Position numbers and translations under genes: made by a program. 64,000 bases of DNA from positions 167,452-231,451 of the forward strand of contig CAVVOB010000014.1 in the NCBI GenBank assembly GCA_963749655.1, written 5' to 3'. Under the pieces are notes generated by a model. It saw nothing but the letters and a program-made list of their open reading frames with translations. It did no database searches and had not been told where the DNA came from. Positions 59,432 to 64,000 of this stretch are shown here, one piece after another; the first letter of the stretch is position 1; each line of letters begins with the position of its first letter. The stretch is from Nitrospirota bacterium (GTDB lineage: Bacteria > Nitrospirota > UBA9217).

Positions 59432-60441
59432 ATGAAAAAATGGTTAATGATGGTTGTGGTGCTTTCTTTTTTTCAGCAGGGCAGGCGCTTGCAGACGTTT
59501 CCCATGAAGTGATCATCGGCATTGAGGGCGACTCTTCGACCGAGGTCAAGGATTCCCTGGGGAACCTGTCACTCGATCAGTCGGACAATTACAAGGTCAA
59601 GAACTCGCTGTTCCGCGCGCAGTACACACGGTTCTTCGATCCCTTGAAGGACGATGACACGCCCATCGAGCTCAGGCGGTTCCTGCAGCACCCCACCACG
59701 GTTACGACCGGGATCATGGCCCTCGGCCAGACCGTGGAGGACAATACGATTTCCACGTCCAGGACAAATACCGAGACGCAGGCCTCCTTCCTCGTGCTCG
59801 GCGGAGAATACTTCTTTCCGACCAATACCGGCCTCTTCCTGAATCTCCCTCTTGGCTCCGGGAAGTATAAGCAAAAAGTGAATGACGTCTCGCAGGTCGA
59901 CATGGACCTCGACGCCTCCAACTACGAGCTGGGCGTGCGGCAATATCTGGTTCCGAGCGTGGAAGTGCACCTTGCATTCTCCGGCGATTCAACCAGGGGC
60001 AAGCAGGACAGTTTTGAGACCACCCAAAAACGGGCCCTGACCTTGCTGGGTGTAAAGGGAGTGATCGCAAGCACGGTGGGCCTGTCCTTCGAAATCGGCG
60101 GCGGAAAGAGAAAAGCTACGTCAACAGGAAGTCCGGACGAGGATTTCGATGCCGGCCGGATACAGGCAGGAATAGCGGTCTATGCAGGCAAGAACCTGTC
60201 TTTCTCGCTCGATATTAAAGGCGATGCCGCGAAACAGACGGGAATGGCGTCCGTCGAAGAGCATACCGAAAGCACGGCACGGGCTACGCTTGCTGCGACC
60301 TACTGGTTCAACGAGCGCTTCGGCCTGCAGCTTCCGATCTATTCCGAAACGACCGAAACGAAGAACATCATTGCCTCCCTTGAGGCGAAACACACGGAAA
60401 AGAAAGGCGGGATCGGCCTGTACGCGGCATTCCGCTTCTGA
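59432..60441 (+). CDS. Putative outer-membrane beta-barrel protein (frame break in T run near 59465)
   Basis: MKKWLMMVVVLSFF + SAGQALAD signal peptide; amphipathic strands; ends GIGLYAAFRF. Confidence 0.75.
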
Positions 60442-60503
60442 CCTTTGCACAATCGCTGTTTGCAGACACCACTCGCCGCCGGACGGGCGTCCGGCGGCGG
60501 TCC

Positions 60504-60974
60504 TTAGACGAAACTCTTGTCCTCCGTAAAGGTCCGCGGCGTGACCCTGAAATCAAGGACCTGCCACCCACCCTCCAGCTTGATCAGCAAGAGCTGTATC
60601 TCCGCTGCTCCGTCCTCCATTTCAACGGTCCCGGCGTAGTCAGCCGTGATCTCGTAGCCATACCTCAGCGAAAGCGTTATGGTCGACTGCCCCGAGGAGC
60701 CGCCGTATTCCACGAATTTCCCGAGCTGCCGGAGTTCGTCAAAATAGTCAGCGATGTCGTTATAATCAGCGTCCTCATCGTATTCCTTGCTCGCCCGTTT
60801 CTTCAGCTCCTCGACGCTCCAGTCCGTGGCGATGGCGAGAACCGCTGCGTCGGCGTAGGCCCTGCTCTCCTTGTCCAGTTTCTTTCCATAGAGGAACAGC
60901 GCGCCGGCTGCCGCTGTTGCAAGAAGGATGAGCGCGAGGAACATATACCCGAGTATGACGACGATTTTTTTCAT
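60504..60974 (-). CDS. Membrane-anchored hypothetical protein
   Basis: N-terminal TM helix; ATG overlaps the TGA of the upstream cytochrome (ATGA). Confidence 0.75.
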   Translation of the reverse strand: MKKIVVILGYMFLALILLATAAAGALFLYGKKLDKESRAYADAAVLAIATDWSVEELKKRASKEYDEDADYNDIADYFDELRQLGKFVEYGGSSGQSTITLSLRYGYEITADYAGTVEMEDGAAEIQLLLIKLEGGWQVLDFRVTPRTFTEDKSFV

Positions 60975-62917
60975 TGACCCGGCGGGAGCCCCTGTTCCTT
61001 TATTTCCTGAAGCATTCCTTTGATGCTCCCCGGATCGTGAACTGCCATTGCCTTTGCCTCTTTCCACTTCCGCCGGAGCTTCTTCACGTTCTCGCCCTTA
61101 GCCTCTCTTGCCTTGAGCTTCCGGTCGATCGCGCCGAGCGCAGCCTTCGCCTCGCGGCCCTCTGTATCGAGCTTCCGGTACTTCATGGGATCGGACTTGG
61201 GGATCGAGAAGTCTCCGCTCGTCTTCCAGATGTCCCCCAGCCTCATCCACGCGGCAAAGTGCTCGATCTTCCCACCTTCTGTGGGCCTGATCTTCGTTGT
61301 CGCCTTGATGTCCCTGACGCGCAGTCCCTGTTTATCGGCAACGACCTTCTGACTGCCCGCGAAGGGCTCGGCGCCCTGGTTATCGAAATATCGCCACGTG
61401 ACGCGGCTCACCTGCTCCGCGGACCCGTGGCAGCTTTCGCAGGTGCGGGACTTGCCGAGCGGGTGCGCCACCTCTTCGATCTGGAGCCAGGCGAGATAGT
61501 TATTGTTCCCGCCCGGGAAACTGAACGTGCCGAGCTGGGCATAGGCGTCTCGGGTCTCGCCCTTGGGCCAGCGGAACGTGAGGCCCGGCTTCGGCGAGAC
61601 CGTCTGCTTGATGCCGCCGGCGCTGTTCGGCCAGATCTTGACGGGCATCCATCTCCCCTTCTGGTCCTTGATCAAAACGGGCGGACCCTGGGGTCCGTAG
61701 TAAAGGGAATATTTCTTAAAGGGGTTCGGCTTCGACTCGATGTGTCCCGGGCCCCAGGAGGTCATCTCGTACCCGCCGAGGATCTGCACGTGGCAGGCCG
61801 CGCAGGCCACGTTCTTGTGAACGCTTGCGGCCATGGCCTGCTCCACTTCGACGTGGCAGTCCTGGCATGCGGCATTGCGCTCAATATGGCCCATACCCTC
61901 GGGACCGGTCTGATGGCAGTCCGTGCATTCGAGCTTCTTGGACACGTGCACGTCCTCGGGCAACCCTGCCGGCTCGGAGAAGTCCTTGCCCAAATAGCTG
62001 TCTCCTCTTCTCCGCTCCATGGTGCCGGCATGGCAGACGAACGAGCTCCGTCCGCCGCCGGTGCAGTTGGCAGAAGGAGGAATCCTGCTCATTGCATGGC
62101 TTCCCTTCTCGCGGCTCGGCGCATAGTGGCAATCGAGGCACCCGGCGTGGCAAATATTGCACGCCTTCTGCTTTGCGATCGCCTGATCCTGCGAGAGGGG
62201 AAGATTGATCTCCTCGATGATTCTATTGGTGTTTTCGAATGAGAACCTGTCGCCTTCCGCCCTGCCGACCGGCTGGGTGTCCGCAAAGGACGGGCCTCAG
62301 TTATTAGGGCCGTGAACGTCGTCCCAGACTCGCATGGACCGCTGCCGGAAATTGGCGCCCATGATGCTCGTACTGAACTGCTTCACCTGGTCGGGATGAC
62401 AGGACGATTTACCGCAGGTCTTCTCGGCGATCCGGGGATCGTATCCCAGGGTGAGGGTGTTCCGGTCCTGCCACAGCAGCGTCCCGACGTCATAGTCGAA
62501 AGCCCCGCCTGCGATCCGGGGCAGCATCTCGCGGAGACGGTCGTTGCCCGACGGGAGGAGCTGTTTCACATGCCCCTTGCGGGAAATGATGTTGAGATCG
62601 TTGTCGAGGACGATCAGCTTCAACATGCCCTGGTGCGCCCTGGCGGGATCTTCCGACAGGCCGTTGCCCAGATGGCAGTCGCGGCATTCCGTGTTCGGAT
62701 GACGGGCCTCCTTCTGCACTTGTTCGCGCGTCATCACGAACTGCGGATACCCGAGCGACGTCATCTTTGCCTTGTCGGCATGGCAGGCCACGCAGCGATC
62801 GCTTGATTGATAGCCGGTGTAGAAATATGCGAAGACAAGGACAACGGCAAGCTGGAGAGCAAGGACGGTCATACCCAGCCTGGTCCCGAACCAGTTCCAG
62901 AGTTTTCCAATTGCCAT
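60971..62917 (-). CDS. Membrane-anchored multiheme cytochrome c with in-frame TGA (probable selenocysteine, U207)
   Basis: ORFs 62297..62974 and 60971..62092 share one frame, joined by a single TGA and 68 open codons containing CNICH and CLDCH; 8 CxxCH plus CX4CH and CX9CH. Confidence 0.82.
62249..62296 (-). promoter_or_regulatory. Candidate bacterial SECIS element
   Basis: After UGA: CCC-A-GCC[GGUC]GGC-A-GGG hairpin with a G-first loop starting 27 nt downstream; lower stem gUCCUUU/GGAAGGcGAC. Confidence 0.65.
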
Positions 62918-63137
62918 GGGAAACACAATACCATAGGGGGCAAGGCAAGACAATACCAAAAGCCTGAGCACCAAAGACTTACAACGAAGCGCAAAGACGG
63001 AGGAAGCAGACGTGCCAAAATGGCTGCGGTGGATCCTGATCGAGCTATCGCAGCACTTCGCAATACCCCGAACGCTCCACGATTTCAGTCATGGAGTATT
63101 GTAAAAGAATTCACCCGAACGGGGAGGGGAATTTTCG

Positions 63138-63165
63138 AAAAAAAGAAGGGGGCCTTGCGGCCCCC
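63138..63165 (-). terminator. Rho-independent terminator after the porin gene
   Basis: gggggcc-gcaa-ggccccc followed by ttcttttttt on the minus strand. Confidence 0.75.
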
Positions 63166-63197
63166 AAGGGAGGAAGGTTGCAGCTGCAGGAAGCGCT

Positions 63198-64000
63198 CTA
63201 GAACCTGTATTGAAGCATCGCAGTGACCGTATTGAAATCCTGCGAGTCGGAATTCGCTTCCTTGACGAAGTCGGTACTCGCGTACTCAACGGTTATCCTG
63301 AGACTCTGTCCATCGACATAGTAGTTTATGCCCCCTGCGGTCCATTTTATCTTCTGGTCGAGTATATCGAAAAGCGAGGCAAACCTCCATTCCTCGTATC
63401 TCACAAAGGGCTGCACCTTCGTTCCGGGAATGAGATACCCGGCCTTGGCATACCAGCCCTTCTTCTCTCCGTCTATGCCGAGAGCCAGAGGCTCGGGATC
63501 GCTGCCCTTGTAGGCGTTGTCGAAAGCGGTTTCCAGGTACGCGGCAGAGGCTGTGACAGCGCCTCCTCCAAGAGGATAATTGAAGAAGACATCCGCGGTC
63601 CAGGCGGAATAGCTTTTCGCTCCTGTCTTCGCCGTGACGTCGCTGTAGACCGCATCGGGCTCATACTGACCGCCGCCGCCGATTGTAAGGATCTTCTGCT
63701 CTCCGAGGTACGTCCCCTTGTAGCCGTATGCATACTCGGGTTCGAGCAAGGATACATGGACACGCCCCGTATACATAAATGAACTCCTGGGCGCATTGAC
63801 AATATCATCCCTTCCCTTTGAGACCTCCAGGCGATACTGCGATTGTATCTCTGGAATGTTGCCCCAAAGGACCAGCCCCGTGTCACGGCTGTGCTTGAAG
63901 GGCGTATAGATGAAGAGGGAGCGGTCCAGGGAAAGAGGTTCGAAACAGTCTTCGAGATTTTCCCTGGTGAGCTGTATCTTCTGCTTTCCTGCGTAGATGC
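63198..64000 (-). CDS. extI: ExtI-like outer-membrane porin, 3' part (starts beyond the window)
   Basis: LTRENLEDCFEPLSLDRSLF, RDTG..LWGN, YGYKGTYLG, GEKKGWYAKAGY, NYY..GQ.LR, terminal LQYRF; recalled similarity to Geobacter ExtI. Confidence 0.72.
   Translation of the reverse strand, partial: IYAGKQKIQLTRENLEDCFEPLSLDRSLFIYTPFKHSRDTGLVLWGNIPEIQSQYRLEVSKGRDDIVNAPRSSFMYTGRVHVSLLEPEYAYGYKGTYLGEQKILTIGGGGQYEPDAVYSDVTAKTGAKSYSAWTADVFFNYPLGGGAVTASAAYLETAFDNAYKGSDPEPLALGIDGEKKGWYAKAGYLIPGTKVQPFVRYEEWRFASLFDILDQKIKWTAGGINYYVDGQSLRITVEYASTDFVKEANSDSQDFNTVTAMLQYRF

Overview
GC-rich bacterial chromosome segment. Gene content suggests an anaerobic Nitrospirota/Desulfobacterota-like organism (inference only). 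More than a dozen genes, including conserved housekeeping ones (rho, rpmE, prfA, hisD, hisH, pcnB), carry frame breaks that are most likely long-read consensus errors. Housekeeping content: rsmE, pcnB, EndoQ-UvrD, rho-rpmE-DUF1385-prfA-prmC-murA-hisD-hisG and hisC-B-H-A-F, bamA, surA-like, sppA, aroF. Accessory content: YeeE transporter, sigma54-controlled Usp pair, split Rieske/cytochrome b operon with a glycosyltransferase and radical SAM enzyme, c7-type hexaheme cytochromes and signalling proteins. Highlights: (1) a ~648-aa multiheme cytochrome c missed by the ORF track because of an in-frame TGA followed by a SECIS-like hairpin (probable selenoprotein), next to an ExtI-like porin; (2) a decayed integron with an intI 5' fragment, a perfect promoter containing a LexA-like box, a cassette encoding a His-less CcsA homologue, and two 217-bp MITEs inserted exactly at the attC GTT; (3) many short inverted-repeat elements built from 7-mer or 9-mer tandem units at gene junctions and inside hisH and hisF; (4) a three-copy highly structured ~155-nt repeat. 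No tRNA, rRNA or CRISPR array was recognised.
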